A stretch of 64,000 nt of DNA, taken from assembly GCA_963793695.1 (NCBI GenBank), contig CAWCBB010000028.1:657-64656 (forward strand). Direction: 5' to 3'. Below the pieces are notes generated by a model. It saw only the letters and a list, made by a program, of their open reading frames with translations, was not told the DNA's origin and did not search any database. Within the stretch, counting starts at the first letter, position 1. Each line of letters starts with the position of its first letter. This stretch comes from an uncultured Acidobacteriota bacterium. GTDB taxonomy: Bacteria > Acidobacteriota > Thermoanaerobaculia > Gp7-AA8. Below, one piece after another: positions 51,689 through 61,306 of this stretch. The translations under genes and the position numbers were made by a program.

Positions 51689-52541
51689 TCAGAAGAACGA
51701 CTGCTTGACGATGACTACGTCATCGGCGCGCAACTCCGGGTCGGGCTCGTCACCAGAGATGATCCGCCGGTAATTGATTTCGAGCTCGGTGTCCTTCCCA
51801 TCCATCCCGCGCCGTTTGAGAAGAATTCTCTTCGAGGCGCGGTCCGTCAATCCTCCCGCTTTCGAAATGACCGATAGCAGCGAGATCCGATCGTCGCTGT
51901 CGAACTCCACCGCTCCCGGAGACCTCACTTCTCCCAGAACGAAGATGCGAATCGTCGTCCGCGCCGGAATGTTGACGACGTCCGAGGGGAATATCGGGAT
52001 GTCCCATTTTGCCGACGAGCGCTGAAGCAACTCGTCACGATCGATCTCGAGCGTGTCCGAAAGACCGTTCTCGGCGCGTCGCAGAACATAGATCTTTCTG
52101 CCTGCCTGCTGGGTAAGCCCCCCGGCAGCCGAAATCGCCTGAAGCAGCGTCCACCGCCCTGAGATGTTGAGTGACCCGGGCCGCGCGACGGCTCCTACGA
52201 TCGGAGACCGGCTTGTTCGCGAACTCTTTGATGACGATCGAGACGTTTGCGCGGTTCACGTACTTCTCGCGAAGTAATGTCTCCAGCCGCTTCTGGACTT
52301 CACTCGCGGTGAGACCGGCGACCGGAAGGTCGCCGATCAGCGGTAGCGTCAATGTTCCCGACTCGGAGACGCGGCGCTCGAGGTTCAACTCCGGGACTTC
52401 GAGAACCCGGATCTCGACCAGATCCCGCGTCCCCAGGCGGTATTCGCCCATGTCCTGACCAAAGAGCGGCGACGCCAAGAGAGAAACGGTCGACAGCAGA
52501 AGCACCATGAGCGGACGCAGTCGATCATGAGGGGCGCGCAT
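51689..52541 (-). CDS. Polysaccharide export outer-membrane protein (Wza-like), one frame disruption
   Basis: Signal peptide MRAPHDRLRPLMVLLLSTVSLLASPLFGQ and the Poly_export motif EYRLGTRDLVEIRV lie in ORF 52035..52691. SLBB-type IVGAVARPGSLNI and IFVLGEVRSPGAV lie in the frame of ORF 51689..52030. The switch is near ~52190. Confidence 0.75.
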
Positions 52542-52732
52542 CAGATTCTGTCTCCTGGTCACCGGAAAAAGACCGCGCGCCGGAGACCGATGGTCGTTCT
52601 CGCCGCTGGTCTCATTCTGACGCAGTCGCGCGGCGGGATCGCGGCGAAGGCGTTCGTGGAGGTCGTCGGAATCGTGATGTCTCGCATTCATCCGTCGGAG
52701 CTGCGGCGGCGCGAAGTCACGCGCTCGGCGCC

Positions 52733-53245
52733 GTGCTCGCGGTGATCGGGATCGTCATTTTCATCGCGATCTCGACGGGATTCCGGCCGCTGCTCCGGTT
52801 CCTCGCCGCGGACCCGCGCGATCCGATGGCGGACATGCGGCCGCAGATGTGGTCGCTCTCGATCGACGCGTGGCGGCAGTTCCCGACGTTCGGCTCGGGG
52901 CTCGGGACGTTCCGCGAGGCGTTCCGCCGCGTGCAGCCGCGCGAGCTGCACGGGCTCGTCGAGCAAGCGCACAGCGAGCCGCTGCAGATGCTCGTGACGG
53001 GAGGGTGGGTGGGTCTGGTGATCACATCTCTGCTCGTTCTGTCGCTGCTGTTCGTATTGGCGCGGGGATGGTGGAAGCAGCAGCATCGGGAGGAAGCGGC
53101 GATCGCGCTCGCCGGGTTCCTTGCCCTGCTATCGCTGCTGGTCCACGGGCTGGTCGAGTTCAATTTCTCGATTCCGGCGATTCCGGTGACGCTGGCCGTC
53201 GTGCTGGGGTGGTCGTTCGCGGCGTCGATGCGGCCTGAAAGTTAG
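52733..53245 (+). pseudogene. C-terminal fragment of an O-antigen ligase/polymerase (Wzy_C) family protein
   Basis: 170 aa with RPQMWSLSIDAWRQFPTFGSGLGTF and EQAHSEPLQMLVTGGWVG. The ~250 N-terminal residues expected for this family have no room upstream. Confidence 0.5.
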
Positions 53246-53254
53246 GGTCTTCCT

Positions 53255-53715
53255 TCAGAGCGCCGTAGGGGCGAAATCGTCTAGCCCCGGGCGTCAGCCC
53301 GGGGTCTCGCGCAGACGCGCAATCCCGAGCGCCGTAGGCGCGACATCGTCTCCCCTCGCGATTTCGGGGGAACGATGTCGCCGCTACGCGGCTCGGATCT
53401 TTCCAACTTGCGGCAGACCCCGGGCTTACGCCCCAATGGCCTTAACTTAACGCGACGCAAAGATGTCATCCCGAGCGTAGCGAGGGATCGGCTGGGGCGC
53501 GGGCGTCTCGCCCGCCGTTGCGGCGGCGTCTCGCCGCCGCCACCGGGCGCCGCGGGACGCGGCGCCAACGGCGGCCGGGACGGCCGCGCCCCTTGCGCAC
53601 CGATCCCGGTCATCGGCGGTCGGGCGCAGCCCGCGCCTGCCTACGCTCGGGATGACAAACGTGCGGATCACTTACGCCCGGGGCTACACGATGTCGCGCC
53701 TACGGCGCTCGTGAG
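53255..53715. repeat. Cluster of nested palindromic repeats
   Basis: The outer pair GAGCGCCGTAGGCGCGACATCGT (53326-53348) / ACGATGTCGCGCCTACGGCGCTC (53688-53710) is an exact inverted repeat. Inside are a REPIN (53324-53395), the hairpin CCCCGGGC GTCA GCCCGGGG (53285-53304), and box - REP-B - box (53462-53660). Confidence 0.85.
53494..53593. repeat. REP-B compound palindrome (third copy)
   Basis: Near-identical to the units flanking the RAYT gene. Here it is bracketed by inverted GATGTCATCCCGAGCGTAGCGAGGGATC boxes (53462-53491 and 53640-53660). Confidence 0.9.
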
Positions 53716-53728
53716 GAAACCCGGAGGT

Positions 53729-54286
53729 TTACGCGCTCTGCTTCACCGGCGCAACGCCGTCCCGGCTGACGTCGACGAGCACCGATCGCCGGATCAGCGA
53801 GATCGACACGACGAGCCGCATCTCGCCCCGCTCGCGCACGACCACGCCCGTGTAACCCTTGAAGACGCCGTCGGTGAGCTTCACCGGATCGCCCGTCGTG
53901 ATCTCCTCGTACGGCACCAGCATCGCGCCGCTCGTCTGCAGGTCACGGATCTGGCGCAGCTCGCCGGCGAGCATCTCCTGGTCGACGACCTCGAGCGTCG
54001 AGGCGATCACGTTGCTCCGGAGCGCCATCGCGCGCTGCTCCCGGCTGCCGCGAAGGAAGACGTAGCCAGGGAAGAGCGGAATGTACGAGGTGAAGTTCCG
54101 CCCGTTCCGCTTCGTCTTCTTCTCCGCCTGCGGGAGATAAAACGGGATGTCGCGTTCGAGGAGGAAGCGCGCGAGGACCTTCTCCTGGCGGCTCGCGACG
54201 TGGAGGACCCACCAGGGGCAGTCGGCCGGCGGAAGCTCGAAGAAGTCGGCGGGATGGAAGTCTGGTTCTTTTTTCAGCAGGGGCAT
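53729..54286 (-). CDS. NusG-paralog transcription antiterminator (UpxY/RfaH-like)
   Basis: NGN-like WWVLHVASRQEKVLARFLLERDIPFYLP and KOW-like GDPVKLTDGVFKGYTGVV. It points toward the wza-wzc-wzh genes. Confidence 0.7.
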   Translation of the reverse strand: MPLLKKEPDFHPADFFELPPADCPWWVLHVASRQEKVLARFLLERDIPFYLPQAEKKTKRNGRNFTSYIPLFPGYVFLRGSREQRAMALRSNVIASTLEVVDQEMLAGELRQIRDLQTSGAMLVPYEEITTGDPVKLTDGVFKGYTGVVVRERGEMRLVVSISLIRRSVLVDVSRDGVAPVKQSA

Positions 54287-54338
54287 ACGCAGGACCAACA
54301 GTTATTGTCACTTACGAACGTAGATAATTCTCTCACGG

Positions 54339-54378
54339 AAGTCAAAAGCCGGGCGCGGGCACGGGCGCGGGCGCGGGT
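54339..54378. repeat. Single GGGCRC-family arm (forward)
   Basis: GGAAGTCAAAAGCCGGGC GCGGGC ACGGGC GCGGGC GCGGGT. Confidence 0.75.
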
Positions 54379-54487
54379 CACGGACCGCGCCTCTTCGTCA
54401 TCAGAGAGCGTCGCTTGCCGCCGGAGATGGACCGAGGTACCGTCGAAAGTCGTCCACGTCGGAATCGTCGCAGCAGGGAGCCCTGGC

Positions 54488-57400
54488 ATGCTGGTGTTCG
54501 TCATCATCCTCGCCGTCATCGCCTTCTTCGCCATCGTCAATTTCTGGCGGAAACTCGGGCGGCTCGAGTACGAGCTCGACTATTTCCGCTCGCGCGCCCA
54601 CGAGGACATGAGCCGGCTTCAGAAGGAGATGCGCGACCTGCGCGGCGAGCCGGCGCCGACGCCGGAGCCGACCCCCGAACCGGAGTGCGTCCCAGCCTCG
54701 CACCCGAACCGGTCTTCTCCACTCCTCCCGCAGAACCCGAACCCACGAGCACGCCCGCGCCCGAGCCCGCGCCCGGCTTTCCCCCTCCACTCGCGAACCC
54801 GAGCCGATCCCGCGGCCGCACGAGAGGCGCAGCCCTCTAGACCGAAGTTCGACTTCGAGTCCCTCGTCGGCGTCAAGCTCTTCTCCTGGATCGCCGGCAT
54901 CGCGCTCGTCCTCGCCGCCGTCTTCTTCCTCCGCTACTCGATCGACCACGGCTGGCTCACCCCGCCCATCCGAATGGCGATCGGCTTCCCGACGGCGTCG
55001 GGCTGCTCCTCGTCTTCTCCGGCTTCCGCTTCGGCGCGGAACTACCCGGTGACCGCGAACGCGCTCGACGGCGCCGGCCGTCGCGATCCTCTACGCGACG
55101 ACCTTCGCCTCGCACGCGCTCTGGACGCTGATCCCCTTCACCGCATCGTTCGTGATGATGGCGATCGTCACGTCGTCGCCGTCCTCCTCTCCATCCGCCG
55201 CGACTCCGTCTTCATCGCGCTCCTCGGCATGCTCGGCGGCTTCGCCACCCCGGCGCTCCTCTCCTCGGGCGAGAACCGCCCGGTCGCGCTCTTCTCGCTA
55301 CCTTCTGATCCTCAACGCCGGCCTCGCGTGGACCGCGCACCGCCGCCGCTGGCCGTTCCTCACTCGCCGCGAGCGTCGCCTTCACCGCGTTCTACCAGCT
55401 GGCCTGGGTCGGACGATTCCTCGACGCCGCGCAAGCTCCCTCTCGCCACTGCGATCTTCCTCGCCTTCCCGATCCTCTTCACGGTCTTCCACCTCGTGAG
55501 AGGCTCGAAGGACGACCTCTCGCCGCTCTTCCGCGGCAGCGTTTCGTTCGCGGGCCTCGTCCCGCTCGGCGTTCTCGATCTACACGGCGGCGATCCCGGC
55601 GATCGGCACGCGCTTCCACATCCTCTTCGCGTTCCTTCTCCTCGCCGTCGCCGGCTTCGCGTTCGTCGCCGTGCGCGTCGCGAAGGACCCGCTCACCGGC
55701 GGTCTTCCCGCCGTCGCGACGCTCGTCGTCTTCGGCGTCTGGCTCGCGCGCGGCTGGACGCCCGCCGCCTGGCCCGCGATCCTCGGATGGCTCGCGCTGT
55801 TCGTCGTCCTCTTCGCGTTCGGTCCGCTGCTGCTCCGCCGCCTCGGCGAGAACGGGATGATCGAGCGGAGCACGATCGTCGCGGGCGTGCTCCTCTTCGC
55901 GATCGCCCCGATCATCGCGCGCGAGCCCGCAACCGAATCGCCGGCGCTGATCTTCCTCACCGGCGCCGCACTCCTCTGCGCGGTCGCGGCTTCGTCGTTC
56001 CGCACCGGGCGCCACGGCGACTGGATCACCGGCGCGGTCGCGATTGTCGTCGCGCAGGAGTTCTGGACGTTCCGCTATCTCGCCCCCGAGACGTTCCGGG
56101 CGGCGATGCTCCTCTACTGCGGCTTCGCCCTCCTGACGCTCGCGATCGCCGCACTCGGGCGGAGGCGGCACGGCGACCGGTGGACCATCGGCTCCTATCT
56201 CGCGCTCGGCGCGTTCTTCTTCCTGCTCGTCGCCGCGAGCGAGGCGCGGATCACGAATCCCGGGCCCCTCCTGCTCACGGCGCTCGCGATCACGCTCCTC
56301 GCCTCCTCGGTCGCCGCTCTCCATCTGCGGCGGCCGTCCCTTCATCTTCTCTCGATCCTCGGCGCGTTCGCGGTGCTGATCGTCTGGCAGAGCGCGCGCG
56401 GCGGGGAGGAATCGCTGGCCGCGCCGGCCTGGGCCGCGGTCGGAGTCACGGCCTTCGCGATCCTCTGGATCGCCGCGGCGCGGCGGGAGGTGGCCGGCCC
56501 GCACGAGGCCGCGATCGGAGAAGCGCCCCTCGCCGCCTGGACCGCGACAGCGATCGTCGCGATCCTCTTCCTGCAGGGAATCACGAGCGGGGGCGCCGCG
56601 GCTGCGATGCACATCGACGCGCGGGCGATCGGCGCAATCCTGTTCTCTGCAACTCTCGCGTTCCTCGCTCTCACGTTCCTCGCCCGGTGGCATGCCGTGG
56701 CGCTCGTCGCGGTCGTCACGAGCGCGATCTCGACGCTCCTTTTCGGCGGGGTTCTCCAGCCCGAGCCGCCGACGTGGCTCCCCTTCTCCGTCGCGGCGGC
56801 ACAGTACGCGCTCTTCACGCTCTACCCGTTGGCGCTCGGCCGGCGCTCCGGGCGCGAGTTGGCTCCTGCGCTGGTCGCCGTCGCCGCTGCCGTGCCGTTC
56901 TTCTTCTTCGCGCGGGACGCGATGAAGGACTGGGAACTCGAAAACGTGATCGGGCTGCTTCCCGTTGCGCTGGGCCTCGTCCTTCTGGCGCTGTTGCGGA
57001 GGAACGTGACTCTCGAGCGCGAGGCCGGGGAGGAAGTTCTCGGACGGCGCGCGCTCGTCGCGGGCGCCGCGCTCGCGTTCCTCACGGCCGCGATCCCGCT
57101 GCAACTGGACAAGGAGTGGATCACGGTCGGATGGGCGCTCGAGGCAGCGGCGCTCGCATGGCTCTTCGGACGGATCCGCCATCGCGGATTGCTGGCGTGG
57201 TCGGCGGGGCTCTTCGCGGTCGTCTTCATCCGGCTGGTCTTCAACCCAGCCGTCTTCTCGTATCACCCGCGGTCCGCGACCGCGATCCTCAACTGGTACT
57301 TCTACAGGTATGCGGTCGCGGCGGCGGCGTTCTACGCGGGGGCGCGACTGCTGCGGAGGCTGGTCGGCGAGGCGCGCGTCGAGCGAAAGCTGCCGAAGGC

Positions 57401-57780
57401 GCTCGCGTCGGGCGGCACGGTCCTCCTGTTCCTGCTCCTCAACATCGAGATCGCCGACTTCTACTCGACCGGCGCGACGCTCACGTTCGACTTCTTCCGC
57501 GCGGGCCTCGCGCAGGAGCTGACGTACACGCTCGGGTGGGCGCTCTTCGCGATCGCGATGCTCGTCGCCGGGATCATCGGCGCGAGCCGCGAGCGCCCGC
57601 ATCGCGGCGATCACTCTTCTCTCGCTCACCGTCTTCAAATGCTTCCTTTACGACCTCGGGCGCCTCGGCGGCCTCTATCGCGTCGGCTCGTTCGTCGGCC
57701 TGGCGATCTCGCTCGCGCTCGTCGCGGTGCTGCTGCAGAAATTCGCGTTGCACCGTCCGGTGGGAGGAGCGCAGCGATGA
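54488..57780 (+). pseudogene. DUF2339 family large membrane protein with at least 9 frame disruptions
   Basis: N-terminal TM, coiled coil and Pro-rich linker, then FESLVGVKLFSWIAGIALVLAAVFFLRYSIDHGW and more than 20 hydrophobic segments. The C-terminus TLLSLTVFKCFLYDLGRLGGLYRVGSFVGLAISLALVAVLLQKF is found in a third frame after ~57600. Eight frame switches are packed between ~54980 and ~55580. Confidence 0.7.
54752..54782. repeat. Single GGGCRC-family arm (inverted) inside the DUF2339 Pro-rich linker
   Basis: CGCCCG CGCCCG AGCCCG CGCCCG GCTTTCC, read as ..PRPSPRPAF.. Confidence 0.6.
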
Positions 57781-58076
57781 AGTACTTCCTCGCTCTCCTC
57801 CTTCTCGCGTCCTCACTCGGCGCGGCGGCAGCGGGGTGGTCGCGGTTCCGGTGGCGGAACGTGGGCACGGCGTCCCGCCGTGCAACCCACCGAACGAGAT
57901 ACCCGAATGCCGCACGAAGCCGCCGACCGAGCCCTCCGCCCTCACGATCCACATCCGCGCATCTCGTCCGGCCGGGCTGGGCGGTGAGACGCCGCCCGCC
58001 ACTATGGGCCCGGGCGTTCGGGAACGTGGGCACGGCGTCTCGCCGTGCAACCCAAACGAACGAGCGACCCGGATGA
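57777..58076 (+). other. Signal-peptide remnant ORF running into tandem repeats (possibly a truncated DUF3999-like gene)
   Basis: MKYFLALLLLASSLGAAAAGWSRFRW starts with an ATGA overlap on the DUF2339 stop. Everything after codon ~27 is encoded by the 165-bp repeats. Confidence 0.2.
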
Positions 58077-58335
58077 CGCCCGAAGCGACCGACCGCACGA
58101 TCCGCCCTCACGATCCACATCCGCGGACCTCATTCGGCCGGGCTGGGCGGCGAGACGCCGCCCGCCACTATGGGCCCGGGCGGTCGGGAACGTGGGCACG
58201 GCGTCTCGCCGTGCAACCCAAACGAACAGCGACCCGGATGACGCCCGAAGCGGCCGACGAACGATCCGCCCTCACGATCCACATCCGCGGACCTCACTCG
58301 GCCGGGCTGGGCGGCGAGACGCCCGCACCACACCC
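57856..58335. repeat. Tandem repeat, ~165-bp unit x 2.9
   Basis: Units start at 57856, 58021 and 58187 (GGAACGTGGGCACGGCGTCYCGCCGTGCAACCCA...). Each unit holds the hairpins GCACGGCG TCY CGCCGTGC and GGGCGGYG AGA CGCCGCCC and a diverged GGATGACGCCCGAAGCG box. The last unit ends in a REP-A half (GGCGGCGAGACGCCCGCACCAC). Confidence 0.9.
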
Positions 58336-58336
58336 G

Positions 58337-60312
58337 TCACGAAGACGCCGAAAGCTGCCGCAGCGCCCTCGCGGCCGCGGCGCGGAGATCCTCCGGCGCG
58401 GGCCGCGGCGCGAAGCGGTCGCGCAGGTAGGTCTCGATGACGGGCTCGACGAGTGGGACCAGATCCGGACGCCGCGCGCGCACCAGGTCGAGCACTTCCC
58501 GCGGCGCGGTCGCCTCACCCGACTCGATCCCGAGGTCCGCGAGAATGCGGAGGAGGCGGCCGTAGTCGCCGCGGCGGCGCGCAAAAAGGAAGATCGCAAC
58601 CGCCGCGCCCGCGCCGAGGAGGACGACGAGGGCGAGGCGCCAGGCGTTGTCGCGCGCGTCGACGGCCGCGAGCGTCATGTTCCCGCGCACCTGCTGCCAC
58701 GCGTCGCGCGCCGCGTAGAAGACCTTCGCGAGCAGCGCGATCTGGTCCGAGCTGCCGAAGGTCAATACGTACCGATCCCAGAAGTACGCGACCGAATCGG
58801 CCAGGGCGGTCGCGTACGCGCGAACGAGGTTCTGCGTGGCGCTCCCCGGCCGTAGCGACGGAGGCGTCGGGTCGTACGTCCGCCACGTCCCGCCGTCGAA
58901 CACCTCCACCCACGCGTGGGCGTCGCGCTCCCGGACGATGAACGACCCGATGAGCGGATTGAGCTCCCCGCCGTAATAGCCGCCGACGATCCGCGCGGGC
59001 ACGTCGAGCGCGGTGAGGAGGACGACCATCCCCGCCGCGAAGTACTCGCAGTGTCCCGATGGACCCTCAGGAGAAAGTCGTCGACGCTGTAGGGTTGCCC
59101 CAGCTCGGAGGGGTCGGCGATGTAGGTGAAGTTCCTCTCGAGATAGTTCGAGACGACGGCGGCCTTCTGCCGGTCGGTCTGGGCGTTCCGCGCGATCTGC
59201 GCCGCGAGCGCGCGGATCTGCGGGCTCACGGGATAGTCGACGACGACGGCCGGGCGGGCGAGCAGGGGCCGGGTCTCCCGGCTCATCACGACTTCGTACC
59301 GCACTTCTCCGCGGACGCGCTCGCCGTCGATCCAGTTCGGATGAAAGGCCGTCGCGTACGGCTCGACGACGAACAGATGGTCGAACCCGGCGACGTCGAA
59401 CGTCCCCTCGGGGAGCAGCAGCCTTCCTCGGAGCGTCTTCTGCTCGATCCTCGCGCCGCGCGAGAACGCCGACGGTCGCGCGAGCGTCACGTGCCCGTCG
59501 ATCCCCTCGACGAGCTCCCGCGTGCTCCGGAGCTTCTGGGTCCACTCCCCCCCGGACCACCCGTCGTACACCGTCGCGCGAAGGCGGAGCGGCGTGAAGA
59601 AGGGCACCGCGTCGCGCGGCATCCAGATGCGCGCCACGGCCATCGGGTCGGACGAGATCCGCCGCTCTTCGCCGAAGTCGATCGTGTCGCTGATCCCGGT
59701 TGCGGACGACTCGAGCCCCGTCCTGATCCCGCGCACCATCGGGTTCTGAACCCGCGGGAGCGCCGGAAAGAGGAGCGCGGCCAGCAGCGCGGTCGGCAGC
59801 GCGAATCCGAGCGCGGCGCGGAGAGCCGGCCTCTGTTGCGGCTCCTGGCCGATCTCGGCGGAGGAGTCCTCCTGGCTCGCGCGGATCAGCCGCGCGAACA
59901 TCATCACCGTGAACGCGATGACGTAGAGGAGGATCGCCTGATGCGTCGAGGTCGCGAGGCTCGTCACGAAGAGGAGGAAGATGACGAGGAGGCGCTGGTT
60001 TCGCGCGCCGCGCGCCTTCTCGTCAACCGCCTGGTAGAACGCGATGAAGAAGAGGAGATGGACCGACGCCCGGATGAGGCTCGATGCGGCCGCGTCGACG
60101 ATGAAGAGCGGGAGGTAGACGATCGCGGCGACCCGCGCGGCCGCGCTGATCCTCCGCATGCTCCGTTGCGACGCCGCCGCGGCCGCCGCAACGGCGAGGC
60201 CGAAGTGGAACGCTCCGACGATCAGGGGCGAGACCGCCTGCGAGAGGTAGAGCGGCGTCGCCGCGAACGCGGCGAGCAGGATCATCCCGATCTCAGGCGC
60301 TCTTCGGTTCAT
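58337..60312 (-). CDS. Transglutaminase-like membrane protein (DUF3488 + TGase core), one frame disruption
   Basis: The N-terminal multi-TM part lies in ORF 58762..60312. The Cys-His-Asp core (GHCEYFAAGMVVLL, DAHAWVEVF, WRTYDPT) lies in ORF 58337..59560. The switch is in a G run near ~59065. Confidence 0.8.
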
Positions 60313-61306
60313 GTTCGCTCCTGAGCGAGAAGAGGACCGCGCCCCGCGGGACGACGGGAAGGTCGCCCCGCTCCTCCGCCTGGAGGAGCGCCAGCTCGCG
60401 GAAAATCGGGACGCGCACGCGGTCCCCCTTCCCCTCGATCCGCTCCGCCGGAAGGATCAGCGTGACGTCCGCTCCATGCTCGATGCCGTCCCAGAGGAGC
60501 GTCGCCGCCTCGCTGATCATCCGCTCGAAGCGCTCCTCGCTCACCCACGCGGGCCGCACCGGGTCGATCGCGACCGCGAGCGAGATCCCCGCCTCCTCCT
60601 GCTGCTGCTTCATGATCCAGCGGCCGAGGCTCGCGGACTTCTTCCAGTGGACGTGGCGGAGCGAGTCGCCGCGGACATAGTCGCGAAAGGCGAAGATGTC
60701 CTGCCCCGAGCCCGCGCGCGGCCGCGGAATCGCATCGCGCGTCGTGGCGTCGGCCGCGAGCCGCGCCTCGTCGACTTCGAGCAGGCGCGGATAGACGACG
60801 ACCTCCCCTTCGATGCGCGCGCGTCGCTTCTTGAGAATCAGGCCGAACGGATAGCGGGTGTAGAGATCGAGCCTCTGGAGCTTCACGGGCCCGCGCTTCG
60901 GAAAGAGAAATCGAGCCGGCAGATCGATCGATGAGCGACGAGTGACGAGCGGCACCAGAACCGGCTTCTCGAGGTGCTCGGAGGAGACCAGGACGTCGCG
61001 CACGGTCCAGATGCGCGAGCGGTTATGGACGCGGAGCAGCACCTCGACAGGGCGGCCGGCCCACGCTTCGTCGACGCCCGCGATCTCGACCTCGAGGTGA
61101 TGGAGCCCTCCCTTCGAGGCCATGCCCGAGACGAGGAGCCCGGCGAGCATGTACGCAAGGCCGATGTAGAGGGAGTTGTTGCCCGTATTCAGCGCCGCGA
61201 ATCCGATCAGCAGCGTGAAGAGGAGGTAGCCGGCCCCGAAGCGGGTGAGCCGGACGACGCCATCGAACGCGAACGGGGGCGTGGGCGCAGCAGCCAAGGG
61301 TGTCAC
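60293..61306 (-). CDS. DUF58 domain protein
   Basis: FAFRDYVRGDSLRHVHWKKSA motif and two N-terminal TM helices. Confidence 0.85.
   Translation of the reverse strand: MTPLAAAPTPPFAFDGVVRLTRFGAGYLLFTLLIGFAALNTGNNSLYIGLAYMLAGLLVSGMASKGGLHHLEVEIAGVDEAWAGRPVEVLLRVHNRSRIWTVRDVLVSSEHLEKPVLVPLVTRRSSIDLPARFLFPKRGPVKLQRLDLYTRYPFGLILKKRRARIEGEVVVYPRLLEVDEARLAADATTRDAIPRPRAGSGQDIFAFRDYVRGDSLRHVHWKKSASLGRWIMKQQQEEAGISLAVAIDPVRPAWVSEERFERMISEAATLLWDGIEHGADVTLILPAERIEGKGDRVRVPIFRELALLQAEERGDLPVVPRGAVLFSLRSEHEPKSA

Noticed and set aside
53375-58855. A 1826-aa ORF on the plus strand, the longest in the track.
   Set aside because: It is a chance open frame in GC-rich DNA. It runs through the repeat stack, the antisense strand of the NusG-like gene, out-of-frame parts of DUF2339, the 165-bp repeats and the antisense strand of the transglutaminase gene. 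Most of it is R/G/A/P-rich nonsense. Only short patches coincide with the true DUF2339 frame.
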